Origin: Faecousia sp.
Lineage (GTDB): Bacteria; Bacillota; Clostridia; Oscillospirales; Oscillospiraceae
Reading direction: 5' to 3'
Assembly (NCBI GenBank): GCA_045122735.1
Contig: JBGVHZ010000035.1
Span: 7,913 to 71,912, forward strand
Length of the DNA: 64,000 bases
A program made the position numbers and the translations under genes. How positions within the stretch are numbered: the first letter of the stretch is position 1; every line of letters starts with the position of its first letter. The notes beneath the pieces are model-generated. The model made no database searches. It saw only the letters and a program-made list of their open reading frames with translations, and had not been told where the DNA came from. Shown here piece after piece: positions 9,865 through 20,050 of this stretch.

Positions 9865-10947
9865 TTAAGGGAAATACTGCTCGAAAACCTTGTAAAGCGC
9901 CTGTGCCATACAGTAAAAGCCCAGATCCGTAGGATGGGTACCATCGATGGTCATCATATCCTTGTCGTGGCTATGGAAAATATCGATACCGTTTACGAAA
10001 TGGACAGGGGCATCGCTTTCCTCACGCAAAATGCGGCAGTTTTCTTCAATCAGCTTTGCTCTGCGGATGGTATCCGCCTCTCCGCTGTCCTGATCCGGAC
10101 GGGACATTACCACAAAGGGAATGTCCGGGTGGGCAGCGCGGAGCTTTCGCAAAGCCAGCAAATGGGTTTGCTGCAGATAGTCTGCAGATTTTGCATTATG
10201 GTCGTAATCAAAGACCAAAAGGGGCATATCCAGGGTACAGATATAGTCGATTACCGCAGGCTCTGCCCGGCAAGCACCCGCAAAGCCAAGGTTGAGATAA
10301 TCAAAGTTCAGCTTCCGGGAGAGAATGTTTTGATATGTATTGCCGGCACGGCAGGCGCAAGCGCCCTGGGTGATGGACGAGCCATAGAACACCACCGGCT
10401 TTTCATTTTTATAGTCGCTGGCGGAAGTGAGGACACAATCCTTCTCCAAGCCGACAAACACATTGCTAATGTTCACAAAGCTGGGGAAACACAAGGTAAT
10501 TTCCCGCATTTTCTTCTCAGAAAATGTGATGCTTGCTTCATAGCGCCCATCAGGCATATCGAAGCTGACAACACTTCCCCGTTGAGTAACTTTTTCCGGC
10601 CACAGCACGCGGCAATGCTCTCCATCTGCATACAGGTCAAAAATGCCCATATTTGCCCCTGCAAAAACTGCCGTACGGGGAGAGGAAAACTCCATAGGGG
10701 GCATAATTGCGCCCACGGAAATATAGGAAGAATCTGTGGCAAACCGCAGACGGCCGCCTGCCGTATTTTCATACAAAAGGGCAACCCGCTTGCTGGTGGC
10801 TTCCGCCACTTCTTTAGGCATACGGCAGAAAGTGCCCCTCTCTTCCGGCTTATAAAGACCGTAAATGCGGAAGGGTGCTTTCCGGGCATCATAGACCACC
10901 ATATTTTCGTGGCAGACCCCGGGTTGTGTAAAGATAAATTCCTGCAT
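9865..10947 (-). CDS. SGNH/GDSL hydrolase with N-terminal GxDLY-type domain (candidate O-acetylesterase)
   Basis: AGGRLRFATDS, IFDLY, FYGSSITQG, NLGFAG, DYDHN, DGTHP. Confidence 0.8.
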   Translation of the reverse strand: MQEFIFTQPGVCHENMVVYDARKAPFRIYGLYKPEERGTFCRMPKEVAEATSKRVALLYENTAGGRLRFATDSSYISVGAIMPPMEFSSPRTAVFAGANMGIFDLYADGEHCRVLWPEKVTQRGSVVSFDMPDGRYEASITFSEKKMREITLCFPSFVNISNVFVGLEKDCVLTSASDYKNEKPVVFYGSSITQGACACRAGNTYQNILSRKLNFDYLNLGFAGACRAEPAVIDYICTLDMPLLVFDYDHNAKSADYLQQTHLLALRKLRAAHPDIPFVVMSRPDQDSGEADTIRRAKLIEENCRILREESDAPVHFVNGIDIFHSHDKDMMTIDGTHPTDLGFYCMAQALYKVFEQYFP

Positions 10948-11104
10948 TGTATTCACCACTTTATTGTTAATATATCATAAAATAAGCATCTTTGCGACGA
11001 ACTGATTGTGCATTTTTCTACAGAAAATGCTCTGTTTTTTGTATCTTAAGGAAATACCTGCGCAGCTTACAAAAAGCCAGCCGGTAACCTTTGTGCGGTT
11101 TTAA

Positions 11105-11872
11105 TCACAGCACACTGCAGTAATTAGGCATCGCCTTTACAAACTCTTCGTCGGACATCTTTTCCAAACCCTTTAGCTGGGGATAGATCTTTTCTCTTGT
11201 TTTCTTTGCGTTTTCCACAAAGCAAGCGATCTTTTCCGCCACCTTCTGGGCAGTAAGGGTGGCAGGATCTTCTCCTCTGAGCACCACATCAAAGCCTGCA
11301 GCGCACAGCATATTGCCGGCAGCAAAGGCCTCCTCCATCCGCTCCATGGTCACGCCACCGGTGATATAGGTGGGGCAATAACCAAAGGTGGGCAGTGCAT
11401 GCAGCTGCTTGCTGAAGGAAAAGTCCGGTCCAAGGACTTTGATAAAGCAGGCACCGCTGCTGATCTGCCGCAGTGCTTCGCCGCCGGTAGAAGCAGCAGG
11501 AACGCACAGATGGGTAGCACTGTATTTTTTCAGAGTTTCATCGGAGTAAGGGAGCATAGAGATATAGCCGTCCACATAGGGAGCAAGCTCAGAAATGGTC
11601 ATCAGCTGGGGGAATTTCCCCTTCATTTGATTGACCACTTTTTCATCGTCAATGGTACTGCCCACGAAGATCACCACACCGGGAAGCTTTTCCCGCAAGG
11701 TGGGGATCACTTCTGCCGCATCCTCACGGCGAAGGGTATACTCCACCACCTGAAGACCTGCCAAACGGCAGCCCTCCAGCAGCATTTCCGTATCCAATTC
11801 GTCCTTTACGAAAATAGGCATCCAAGCCTGTTCCACCATTTTTCTATAGTTTGCAAACAGCGTATTGCTCAT
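11105..11872 (-). CDS. Divergent KDPG/KHG aldolase-family protein
   Basis: VVEYTLR (Glu/Arg), FIKV (Lys), ITGGVT; true start MSNTLF at 11872 overlapping the AGE-2 stop (ATGA). Confidence 0.65.
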   Translation of the reverse strand: MSNTLFANYRKMVEQAWMPIFVKDELDTEMLLEGCRLAGLQVVEYTLRREDAAEVIPTLREKLPGVVIFVGSTIDDEKVVNQMKGKFPQLMTISELAPYVDGYISMLPYSDETLKKYSATHLCVPAASTGGEALRQISSGACFIKVLGPDFSFSKQLHALPTFGYCPTYITGGVTMERMEEAFAAGNMLCAAGFDVVLRGEDPATLTAQKVAEKIACFVENAKKTREKIYPQLKGLEKMSDEEFVKAMPNYCSVL

Positions 11873-13164
11873 TGGGCGCTCCTTTCCTGCTTTTCCAGCA
11901 GCTCGATGATCAGCAGCACATTGCGTATGATATGGTAAGGATCCTTTACCGGCAGGGCAACCACTTTTTCCTGGGGCTTTCCTTCCCGGGTGCGGATCTG
12001 GATCCATTCCCGGATTTCCCTATCCGGGTTGGGGAATGTCTTATACGTGTAGTCAAAAACCTTTTGGAAGAGGTCTAAAAAGACTTCTTTACCGGTACGG
12101 CAGTACATCAGCAGCGTGGTATACATCGCTTCGGAGTGCACCCACCAGAGCTTACTGCCCCAATCTCCCAGCACAAGGGCCATTTGGGGTTCTTTTTCCC
12201 CTTCTGCCAGAGGATATTGGGTATCAAGGCCATCACAGGCAATAAAATGGTAGATGCCTCCATATTCCTTGTCCCAGCCAAGCTCCATGGTGGCAATGAC
12301 TACCTTTTCGATGGCTTCAAAGTAGCGGTCTGTACCCAAAATGTCACCGGCTTCCAGTTCAAACCACATATCCTCCAGGGTGTGACCGGGATTGATATGC
12401 TGGCAGAAAAGGTACTCGCCAAAGCTGCCATCCGCCCGGGTAAATTCATGGATCAGATCCTTTTCATCCCGGAAGGCAGTGAATACTTCCTCATGGCAAA
12501 TACGGATCTGCTCCTTGATGTGGTCAGCGTATGCAGGCTCAAATTCCTCTGCAGCCTTGTAAAGTTCACAGCAGACATTGCAAAGGATCATCGGCTTTGC
12601 GTGGGAATTATGGGCAGGTGTGACAGGGTACGGCAGAGACCGGAAATTGCCGGACTGATACCGATCCCAAACGGACTGGCCCAGCTTCTTGGCAAAATCC
12701 CACGCCTTTTCATCCCCCGCTGCCCGGCAGTAGGCCGCAAGACCCATCACCACAAAGCAGTCTGCGGAAATGCTCAAATCGTAGCCTTCAAAATCGCCTA
12801 CAGTCTTAGGATTACCCTGGGCATCCATCAAAAACACACAGCGGTAGTCCCCTTCTCCCATCAGCACATGCTTAGAAAGAAATTCGTAGCCGTTTTTGGC
12901 ATAGTTTAAGAAGTTTTTCCGCTCTTTTTCATCAAAGAGGGTGCTTTCCATCATGGAAAGCCGGGAGAACATCCAAAGAAAACGGCCCTGGCTCCAGGTG
13001 TATTTATCGGTGGAAACCAGCTTGCTTCCGTCATTGCTAAAACAGTTTAAGTAGCCGCCGTTTTCCTTGTCCAGGCAGCGGCTCATCCAGAAATGGAGCA
13101 GATTTTCCGTCAGTTCCTGACGAAAAAAGGAAAGGTAGTGGGTGCTGTCAAATGGCTTGTTCAT
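11869..13164 (-). CDS. AGE-family epimerase/isomerase protein 2
   Basis: DKYTWSQGR, NPGHTLE, KLWWVHSE, KDPYH; start at MNKPF (13164) overlapping end of nagA. Confidence 0.85.
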   Translation of the reverse strand: MNKPFDSTHYLSFFRQELTENLLHFWMSRCLDKENGGYLNCFSNDGSKLVSTDKYTWSQGRFLWMFSRLSMMESTLFDEKERKNFLNYAKNGYEFLSKHVLMGEGDYRCVFLMDAQGNPKTVGDFEGYDLSISADCFVVMGLAAYCRAAGDEKAWDFAKKLGQSVWDRYQSGNFRSLPYPVTPAHNSHAKPMILCNVCCELYKAAEEFEPAYADHIKEQIRICHEEVFTAFRDEKDLIHEFTRADGSFGEYLFCQHINPGHTLEDMWFELEAGDILGTDRYFEAIEKVVIATMELGWDKEYGGIYHFIACDGLDTQYPLAEGEKEPQMALVLGDWGSKLWWVHSEAMYTTLLMYCRTGKEVFLDLFQKVFDYTYKTFPNPDREIREWIQIRTREGKPQEKVVALPVKDPYHIIRNVLLIIELLEKQERSAQ

Positions 13165-14293
13165 ACACAGTTTCTCCTTGCAGGATAACGGTCTGCATGT
13201 TGATGTCTTCATCAAAAATCACGATGTCAGCATCATAACCTTCTTCCAACAGACCCTTATTGGTAAGACCCATGGTCTTTGCAGGGGTCTGCGTCATCAT
13301 TTTTACGCTTTCAGCAAGGGGGATGCCTGCCTTTACGCAGGTTCTCACCAACCTGTCAGCGGTGGCGATACTGCCTGCAAAAGCGCTGCGATCGAGTAGC
13401 TTTGCAACACCGTCTTCAATGATGCAAGGCACACCGCCAATATCGAAAGTACCACCTTCTGCAAGACCTGCCGCACGCATAGCATCTGTCACCAGCATCA
13501 GCCGGTCAGCGCCCTTTTGCTTATAAGCAAGACGCAGCAGGCTATGGGGCAGATGGCAGCCGTCAGCGATCAGCTCGGCAGAAATATCATCCCGCAGGTA
13601 GGTAGCCTCCACCACACCGGCAATACGGAAACCGAATTCCCGACGAATGGTGGATGTACAGGAATAAAGATGGGTAACCAGCTGACAGCCTTGGTCAGCC
13701 GCATCCTCCATCTGCTGGCAGGTGGCATCGGTATGGGCTGCGGCAGCCAGCGTTCCGGCTTCCTTCAGCGCCTTCAAAAAGGCAAAATCCTCATCCATTT
13801 CCGGGGCATAATCCCACCGGGTGATCTTGTGATTGGCCAGGATCTTTCCATATTCCTCAGCATCCGGCTTGCGCAGGGCTTTGCCATTCTGTGCGCCGGT
13901 CTGGGCAGGAGAAAAATAGGGACCTTCCAAATGAATGCCTCCGATAGAAGGCAGTTCCTTTTGTGCCTGCTCTACTACACAAATGCCCTTTTCCAGCACT
14001 TCAAAGTCTGTGGATACCATAGTGGGAAACAGCGTAGTCGTGCCGTGGCGCAGGTGGGTCAGCACCGCATTTTTGGTGCCTTCCAAATCACCGTCAGCAA
14101 AATCCGCGCCTGCACCGCCATGGCAGTGGACATCCACAAAGCCGGCAGTTACATAGCAGCCTTTTGCATCGATGGTGCGATCATAGGCACAGGGCGTACC
14201 CACAGAAAGGATCTTGCCTTCCTGCAGGTAAAGATCTACATTTTGAAATTCTCCGTTTACAAGGACTTTTCCGTTTGTGATCCGTGTTACCAT
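13148..14293 (-). CDS. nagA: N-acetylglucosamine-6-phosphate deacetylase
   Basis: GFVDVHCHG, IHLEGPY, THLY, IADGCH, VTDAM, FAGS. Confidence 0.85.
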   Translation of the reverse strand: MVTRITNGKVLVNGEFQNVDLYLQEGKILSVGTPCAYDRTIDAKGCYVTAGFVDVHCHGGAGADFADGDLEGTKNAVLTHLRHGTTTLFPTMVSTDFEVLEKGICVVEQAQKELPSIGGIHLEGPYFSPAQTGAQNGKALRKPDAEEYGKILANHKITRWDYAPEMDEDFAFLKALKEAGTLAAAAHTDATCQQMEDAADQGCQLVTHLYSCTSTIRREFGFRIAGVVEATYLRDDISAELIADGCHLPHSLLRLAYKQKGADRLMLVTDAMRAAGLAEGGTFDIGGVPCIIEDGVAKLLDRSAFAGSIATADRLVRTCVKAGIPLAESVKMMTQTPAKTMGLTNKGLLEEGYDADIVIFDEDINMQTVILQGETVYEQAI

Positions 14294-14294
14294 A

Positions 14295-15062
14295 TTAATC
14301 CTCCTTCAGGTGGATGCCGCTGTCACTGTCACAATAGAGAATTGCGTTGGAGTGCTTGCGCAGGATAGAGGCCGGGCAATCCTCGCTGATTTCGCCGTAA
14401 ACAGTGTTCTTCACAGCCTCTGCCTTGGTGGCCGCAGGCACGACGCAGAACATATACTTGGCGGAAACCAAGGAAGGAATGGTCAGGGTAATGGCGTGGG
14501 TAGGAACATCCTCTAATGTGGGGAAACAGCCATCATTGACCTGCTGATTGCGGCACATAGCATCCAGCTCCACGATTTTTACCGCCTTGGGGTCTTCAAA
14601 CTGAGCAACCCAAGGGTCATTGAAGGCAATATGGCCGTTTTCGCCAATGCCCAGGCACACCACATCCACAGGGAATTCCTGCAGCAGCTGGCTATAGCGC
14701 AGGCATTCTGCCTCCGGGTCTGCAGCACTGCCACGGATATAGTGGACGCTCTTAAATGCCTTGTGGCTGAAAATATGGTCATTTAAGTAACTGCCGAAGG
14801 TATGGCTATCCCCCTCGGGAAGACCGATATACTCGTCCATATGCAGGGCATTTACCTTGCTCCAATCAATGATCTGACTATTCAGCAGGCTTTGCAGCAT
14901 CTCATTTTGGGAAGGTGCGGCGGCAAAGATCATATTGATCTCGCCCTTTTGGGCAATGATGTCTGCAATCACACGCTCTGCATCTGCGGCAGCTCCCTGA
15001 CCCATTTCCTTACGGGTAGGATACTTTTTAATAATCAGTTGCTCTTTCTTCCATTGCTTCAT
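14295..15062 (-). CDS. nagB: Glucosamine-6-phosphate deaminase-like (NagB/isomerase family)
   Basis: HMDEYIGL, LGIGENGHIAFNDP, CPASILR; phosphate loop is the atypical AAAPSQ. Confidence 0.7.
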   Translation of the reverse strand: MKQWKKEQLIIKKYPTRKEMGQGAAADAERVIADIIAQKGEINMIFAAAPSQNEMLQSLLNSQIIDWSKVNALHMDEYIGLPEGDSHTFGSYLNDHIFSHKAFKSVHYIRGSAADPEAECLRYSQLLQEFPVDVVCLGIGENGHIAFNDPWVAQFEDPKAVKIVELDAMCRNQQVNDGCFPTLEDVPTHAITLTIPSLVSAKYMFCVVPAATKAEAVKNTVYGEISEDCPASILRKHSNAILYCDSDSGIHLKED

Positions 15063-15191
15063 AAAACCTTCTCCTTATCATATTTTTACTTCTAAGTACA
15101 GTTTAATATAAATATCGCAGAAAAATAGTGCAATTTTGCCTTACTTTTTTACTGTGGTTGTCTTTTTGTAAAAAAGCGTCCCTTGTACGCT

Positions 15192-15845
15192 TTATACAAG
15201 GGACGGAACGATCTTCGCAAGCTTTTCTGCCAATGCCGCGTGGGCAGCACGGGAAAGGTGCATAAAGTCTACGGTGTTCATTTCACCGATGCCCTCTGCA
15301 TCCATAAAAGCAAAACCCATACCCGTAACGATGGGCTCCATATACTTTGCCAGCTGCTGAGATTTCTCCACACAAGTCTGTCCCATAATGTCCGCAATGG
15401 GTGCGGTCAGCATCTCAGGACAGATGTGGGGCGGGCAGATCACCAGGATATTTGGCTCCTTCGTGCCCCAACAAGGTACGGATTTTGCCTTGTTGAGCAG
15501 TCTTTCCATACACTTGGCAATGCAAGGTGCATTCAGGCCGAACCGATCCTTGGTATCATTGGTGCCAAGCATAATAATGAGAAGATCCACAGGTTCGTGG
15601 GTCATAAGGATGGGATAGATCACATCCAGGGCAGGAATGCCCTCGGTCAGGGGGTCGGGGCAGGTCATAGTTCTGCCGGAAAGGCCTTCCTCCAGCACCA
15701 GATAGTCGTCACCCAAAGCCTTTTGCAGGCGGCAGGTCCAACGCTCATTTTCATTAAAACGGGGCAAGCCGTCTTCGCAATCCAATAGATTGGGGCAAGA
15801 ACCGTGAGTGTTGGAGTCACCTAGGCAAACAATATGCTTTTTCAT
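15192..15845 (-). CDS. SGNH/GDSL esterase
   Basis: CLGDSNTHG, EEGLSGRT, MLGTND, DFMH. Confidence 0.85.
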   Translation of the reverse strand: MKKHIVCLGDSNTHGSCPNLLDCEDGLPRFNENERWTCRLQKALGDDYLVLEEGLSGRTMTCPDPLTEGIPALDVIYPILMTHEPVDLLIIMLGTNDTKDRFGLNAPCIAKCMERLLNKAKSVPCWGTKEPNILVICPPHICPEMLTAPIADIMGQTCVEKSQQLAKYMEPIVTGMGFAFMDAEGIGEMNTVDFMHLSRAAHAALAEKLAKIVPSLV

Positions 15846-15856
15846 AAAAACACTCC

Positions 15857-16723
15857 TTAGTCGTCATCCCGGTGGATGGTTTCGCCGGGGCCGATAGTGT
15901 GAACATCAATACCACAGACCTTGCTGTCACCGATCTGATAATAGAGGGTGTGGCAGGTGGGGTTATAAATGGTGCGCATATCTGCGCTGTAGACCAGCTG
16001 GCGGAAAGCCTTGGTGTACTCGCAGATCTCCAAAATGGTGGCATACCAGATTTCCGGACGGTTTGCCATATAGGCGGCAAATTCCTCAATAATATACCAA
16101 GTGTCTCTTGTATCAAATTCCCAGGTGTGGCCGCCTACGCAGAACATAGTAGGTGCATAGCGCACCGGCTTTTCTGCAAACTTCTTGGCAAGCTCCATAA
16201 GCTCCGGGTGCTTGTGGTGACAGGTAACACGGAAATTCAGCCAGTCATTGGGAAGATCAAATTGCTCGGTGTTGCCGGTTTGGCGGTAGTAAGCAAGGCC
16301 GTAGGCACGGACAACATCCATGCTCAATTCATTCATATCCCCATAGGGGCAGCCCATACCGCGCACCAGGCAACCAAAGTTTTCTTCCAGCGCCAAACGG
16401 TCCGCATGGATCTCCTGGAAGATCTCATGTCCGGGAAGCTGATCCAAAAAGGCATGGGTATAGCCGTGGGCAGCCACTTCCATGCCGCTGTCACGGTAAA
16501 GTGCGATAGCTTCAGACCGGGTCATCGTTCTGTGGGGCGGCTTGCCGCAGCGGGAAGGCGTGCCTTCCTTGGCAAATCTGCCGCCATTGACGAAGAAGGT
16601 ACCCTTCAGGCCATTCTTCTTTAAAATCTCCATAAACCGAATGTCCGCTTCCGGCGCATCATCATAGCTGAAGGTAAGGGCACGATCCTTGCCGCCGGGG
16701 TAACGCATAAAGATCTGTTTCAT
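15857..16723 (-). CDS. Polysaccharide deacetylase (CE4/NodB-like)
   Basis: TFSYDD, GTFF, HGYTH, GHTWEF motifs. Confidence 0.8.
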   Translation of the reverse strand: MKQIFMRYPGGKDRALTFSYDDAPEADIRFMEILKKNGLKGTFFVNGGRFAKEGTPSRCGKPPHRTMTRSEAIALYRDSGMEVAAHGYTHAFLDQLPGHEIFQEIHADRLALEENFGCLVRGMGCPYGDMNELSMDVVRAYGLAYYRQTGNTEQFDLPNDWLNFRVTCHHKHPELMELAKKFAEKPVRYAPTMFCVGGHTWEFDTRDTWYIIEEFAAYMANRPEIWYATILEICEYTKAFRQLVYSADMRTIYNPTCHTLYYQIGDSKVCGIDVHTIGPGETIHRDDD

Positions 16724-16737
16724 AACATTCACCTTTC

Positions 16738-17619
16738 TTATGTAAGTTCATTGTAGCGGAAATATCCTTTTCCAAGGCGGAAGGTATTTCCCTCCAAAAG
16801 CCAGGCCTTCAAGGCTCGCTGCAGGGAAGATCTTTCCGGCAGGGTGGTTAAGTCCTCCGGCTTTTCGTGAATGCCGAATGCATAGCTAAGGAAGTCAAAA
16901 TCCGTATCCGGAACGGTTTCCGTCAGGGTATACTGATGAGCAAAGGCCAAAATATTGGAGCTTTTGGGAAGGAGGCTGTCCAGATCCGGGGAAAGAAGCC
17001 AAGAGTAACAGCCGATAACGATGTTCTCGTCCCCAAACCGTTCCTTATAAAATTCCACAGCTCTTTTGTACGAATCCTGGCAAAGCGCCGGTGTTAGGGA
17101 ACCGCCCCCGGGAATATGCACATCCAGGTAGTAACTGTTCTCCGGAAACACCTGATTTCCGCAAACCGTATCCTGACGGAAACGGCGGCGGCGATACTGC
17201 AGCCTTCCAACTGTAAACAGCTTCAGCTTGAAAAAGTCCATAAACCACCAGGCGATCCGCAGGCCGTAGGTTTCTTTTCCGGGGCCCATAGAACCTCGCA
17301 AATTGCCCACAAAATCAGTAAAGCGTTCCTTCTCTATATTTTCTTTTTCATAAAGCGCTTCCAAAATGGGAAGCAAGTAGATCGTATACAGCATATGGAT
17401 GGTTTCCCAGGCAAGCCCTGTGGTCGCTTCCAGATCGCGAAGGGCTGCCATCACCGGCTTATGGTCAAAAAGGTAGTCATCCTTATAGACCTGCACCTGC
17501 TGCAAGAAGACAGAAAATGCCTCTTCATTGGCCTGCAGCTTTTCGTAAGCCTTTCCCAGAAATGCGGTGCAATCCGGGTGAGCGCCATATCGCTGGCACA
17601 AAAGTTCCATTTCGTTCAT
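16738..17619 (-). CDS. GNAT-like acyltransferase-domain protein (DUF5596/GNAT_C type)
   Basis: GRLQY, LDVHIPGGG.L....C..SY..A..F, CYSWLLSP, RSSLQRA motifs. Confidence 0.6.
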   Translation of the reverse strand: MNEMELLCQRYGAHPDCTAFLGKAYEKLQANEEAFSVFLQQVQVYKDDYLFDHKPVMAALRDLEATTGLAWETIHMLYTIYLLPILEALYEKENIEKERFTDFVGNLRGSMGPGKETYGLRIAWWFMDFFKLKLFTVGRLQYRRRRFRQDTVCGNQVFPENSYYLDVHIPGGGSLTPALCQDSYKRAVEFYKERFGDENIVIGCYSWLLSPDLDSLLPKSSNILAFAHQYTLTETVPDTDFDFLSYAFGIHEKPEDLTTLPERSSLQRALKAWLLEGNTFRLGKGYFRYNELT

Positions 17620-17634
17620 AGGCTTCTTCCCTTC

Positions 17635-19587
17635 TTAGTTCTTCGCCCACTTTTCTGCCAGCAAAGGCATAAACAGACCACCCTGCACACTGCGGGCAAT
17701 AAACTTTTCGTATCTGCCGGATTGGGTGTCATAGTAATCGGAGAAGGGAACACGGCTATCGGTTTCCCTTAAGTAGTCAGCAACAGGGGCAACGAATTTG
17801 GGGAAGGTCTCTTCGTCAGCCATGGCGGCCGTCCACAAGATCCAGTCGGTCTTGGAATAGGGTGCCCGGGAATCCAGAGGCAGGCCATAGCGCTCCATCC
17901 GGGGCAAGTAGCTTGCCATCTCCCGGCGGTAGAAGTCCTCCGGCAGCAGGTCAAACCCAAAGAGCTTGTCCCAAACCAGGTTATACTTCATGCTCCAGCC
18001 GTCACCATTGAAGCTCAAGCTGGTGAAGCCACCCACATCAGCACGCTTTACCCAGCTGCTTGCCATGGCCTTGGCCTTTTCCATATACTGGGCTGCTTCT
18101 TCGCTGTGACCCAAGTCCTTCAGGATCAGGGAGAAAGCGGCAATGCCCATGATAGCCTTAGCGGAAAGGTTCACATTCCGTGCCAAATGGCCGGCAAAAT
18201 CGTCGGTGCAAAGCTGCTCACCGGGATCATCGCCAAAGTCCAGCAAATACCGGCACCACTGCCGCAGAAGGGGCAGATTCTTTTCTGCCAGAGGGTACTT
18301 GCCGTCGGCTTTGCCGCAGGCCGCCATCATCAAAAGCATGTCAGCACTTTCTTCCACGGGCATCTGCTTGCTCAAAAGGTAGGCATCCACCGTGTCGGGG
18401 AACAGGTAATAAGGAGCGTGTACATTGCCCGCCTGCTGATTCTTCGACCGCTGAGAAGCACCATAGACCTGGCCTGTCAGAATGGGATAACGACCCACAT
18501 CGTGGGGTGCAAAATCATAGGTCCAAACGGGCATTTTCGCAAATTTCAAAATGGGACGGAGCATACCCCGCACCAATTCCGGCTGATAAAGCAGGAACAG
18601 GGGCACGGAAGGATAGCTTACATCCACTGTAGCGGCGCAGCCGTTGGAATCGTTCTCCTTGGAGATAAACAGAACGCTGCCATCCGTATCCGCCACCAGC
18701 TTGTGGGCGGCAATGGTCTGCCGGTAGGAAGCGCTGACGATGAGGGCGTAGTCCTCACCGCCCTTTTTGCGGGCGTCGGCCAGCAATGCTTCATCGAACT
18801 GATCGCAGCGGGCGATCAGTTCCTCCCGGCGGTCATAGAATTCCCGCAGTGCCTGGGTAATGGTCTTTCCGTTTCGTGCATAGTAGGCCGGCAGGTAACG
18901 GCCGAAGTAGTTGATGGATGCCACATCGTCATAGCCAATGAGCAGTACAGTATGCAATTCGCCCTTATCCTTCTTGCGATGGCGGAGCATAATATCGATC
19001 CGCTCGGGGGCATCGTCCACCTCGTCTTCGGAGGCAAGGAACAAATAACCCCAGTCACAGGTAGTTTGGTCACCGCTGCCGTTCAGGACGGTTTGCTGCA
19101 CCTTGCCCATATAGCCATAGTTCAGGCCATTTTCACTGAAGAAACCCACACGCATCTGGGGCTCATATTCTCCACAATGGCAAAGATCTGCAAAAGCCCA
19201 AAGCTCCACAGTGATATCGTGCTGCTGTCCGTCTGTGGATACAGCGTCATAGGAAATAAAGCTGATGGGGGTGGAAAGCACATCCAGATCATCCATCAAA
19301 AGCGGAGAAGTAAACTTCACTGTCAGCTCCACACCGGCGGCAGCAAAGGTATAAGTAGTGGAAAGGGGCGTCACAGAAGAAGCGACCATAGGCATGGTCT
19401 TGCAGGTGGGTCTTCCCAGGAAGCGGTATCTGACCCCATCCACGGTGATCACGCCACGCAGTTTCTTTTTGATACCTGTCCAGTGAACCGTATCTTCACC
19501 GGTAGGTACATCCGTAATGCTCCAGATAGAAAACATTGGATCATGGGTGATCAGGGGAACTGCAGGAAGGCGAGTTGCTTGTTTCAT
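17635..19587 (-). CDS. Glutaminase-A-like / DUF4965-DUF5127 (alpha/alpha)6-barrel protein
   Basis: PAVPLITHDP, SKENDSNG...TVDV.YP, APHDVGRYP, MPVEE, QLCTDDFAG, KTDW, ARSVQGG. Confidence 0.75.
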   Translation of the reverse strand: MKQATRLPAVPLITHDPMFSIWSITDVPTGEDTVHWTGIKKKLRGVITVDGVRYRFLGRPTCKTMPMVASSVTPLSTTYTFAAAGVELTVKFTSPLLMDDLDVLSTPISFISYDAVSTDGQQHDITVELWAFADLCHCGEYEPQMRVGFFSENGLNYGYMGKVQQTVLNGSGDQTTCDWGYLFLASEDEVDDAPERIDIMLRHRKKDKGELHTVLLIGYDDVASINYFGRYLPAYYARNGKTITQALREFYDRREELIARCDQFDEALLADARKKGGEDYALIVSASYRQTIAAHKLVADTDGSVLFISKENDSNGCAATVDVSYPSVPLFLLYQPELVRGMLRPILKFAKMPVWTYDFAPHDVGRYPILTGQVYGASQRSKNQQAGNVHAPYYLFPDTVDAYLLSKQMPVEESADMLLMMAACGKADGKYPLAEKNLPLLRQWCRYLLDFGDDPGEQLCTDDFAGHLARNVNLSAKAIMGIAAFSLILKDLGHSEEAAQYMEKAKAMASSWVKRADVGGFTSLSFNGDGWSMKYNLVWDKLFGFDLLPEDFYRREMASYLPRMERYGLPLDSRAPYSKTDWILWTAAMADEETFPKFVAPVADYLRETDSRVPFSDYYDTQSGRYEKFIARSVQGGLFMPLLAEKWAKN

Positions 19588-19693
19588 AGTCATTTCCTCC
19601 AAATTTCATCGGGCATTCTGCCTAAGTTATAAATAACCTTATTATAAAGATAACTCTTTCCCCTTTTATCTGTCAAGGGAATGTTGCTTTCTT

Positions 19694-19727
19694 CGCAAGA
19701 TAATCGCGCCTTCAACGCAAGATAATC
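19694..19727 (+). promoter_or_regulatory. Perfect 12-bp direct repeat (operator candidate) in the divergent intergenic region
   Basis: CGCAAGATAATC at 19694 and 19716 (22 bp period). Confidence 0.55.
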
Positions 19728-19877
19728 CTTCCGGACGGGGCGGCAGCTCTGCGCTTGTCCCTACGCACAGCCAATGCATTCTTTTCTCTTTTTCTGCAAC
19801 GCAAGAGATTTTTTTCATTTTTTAAGACAATCTTGCTCTGAGTATTCGACAACTTTGCTCTTTTGCCCTTTGCCGTC

Positions 19878-19906
19878 TTGACGAAAGGAATAAAATACCG
19901 TATACT
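19878..19906 (+). promoter_or_regulatory. sigma-A promoter of ABC transporter operon
   Basis: TTGACG-17 nt-TATACT; a second candidate TTTACA-17-TATAGT at 19952-19980. Confidence 0.65.
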
Positions 19907-20050
19907 GTAGGCAAAGTAACAAAAACGCCCGTGTATCCACGCCCTGTTTTGTTTACAATGCACACGCCATACATTATAGTATAAAGGATGGCGCAGTGAC
20001 CTTCCCCGGCTTTTCAGCAACCCCATTACTTATGAAAAGGAGACCCCCAA

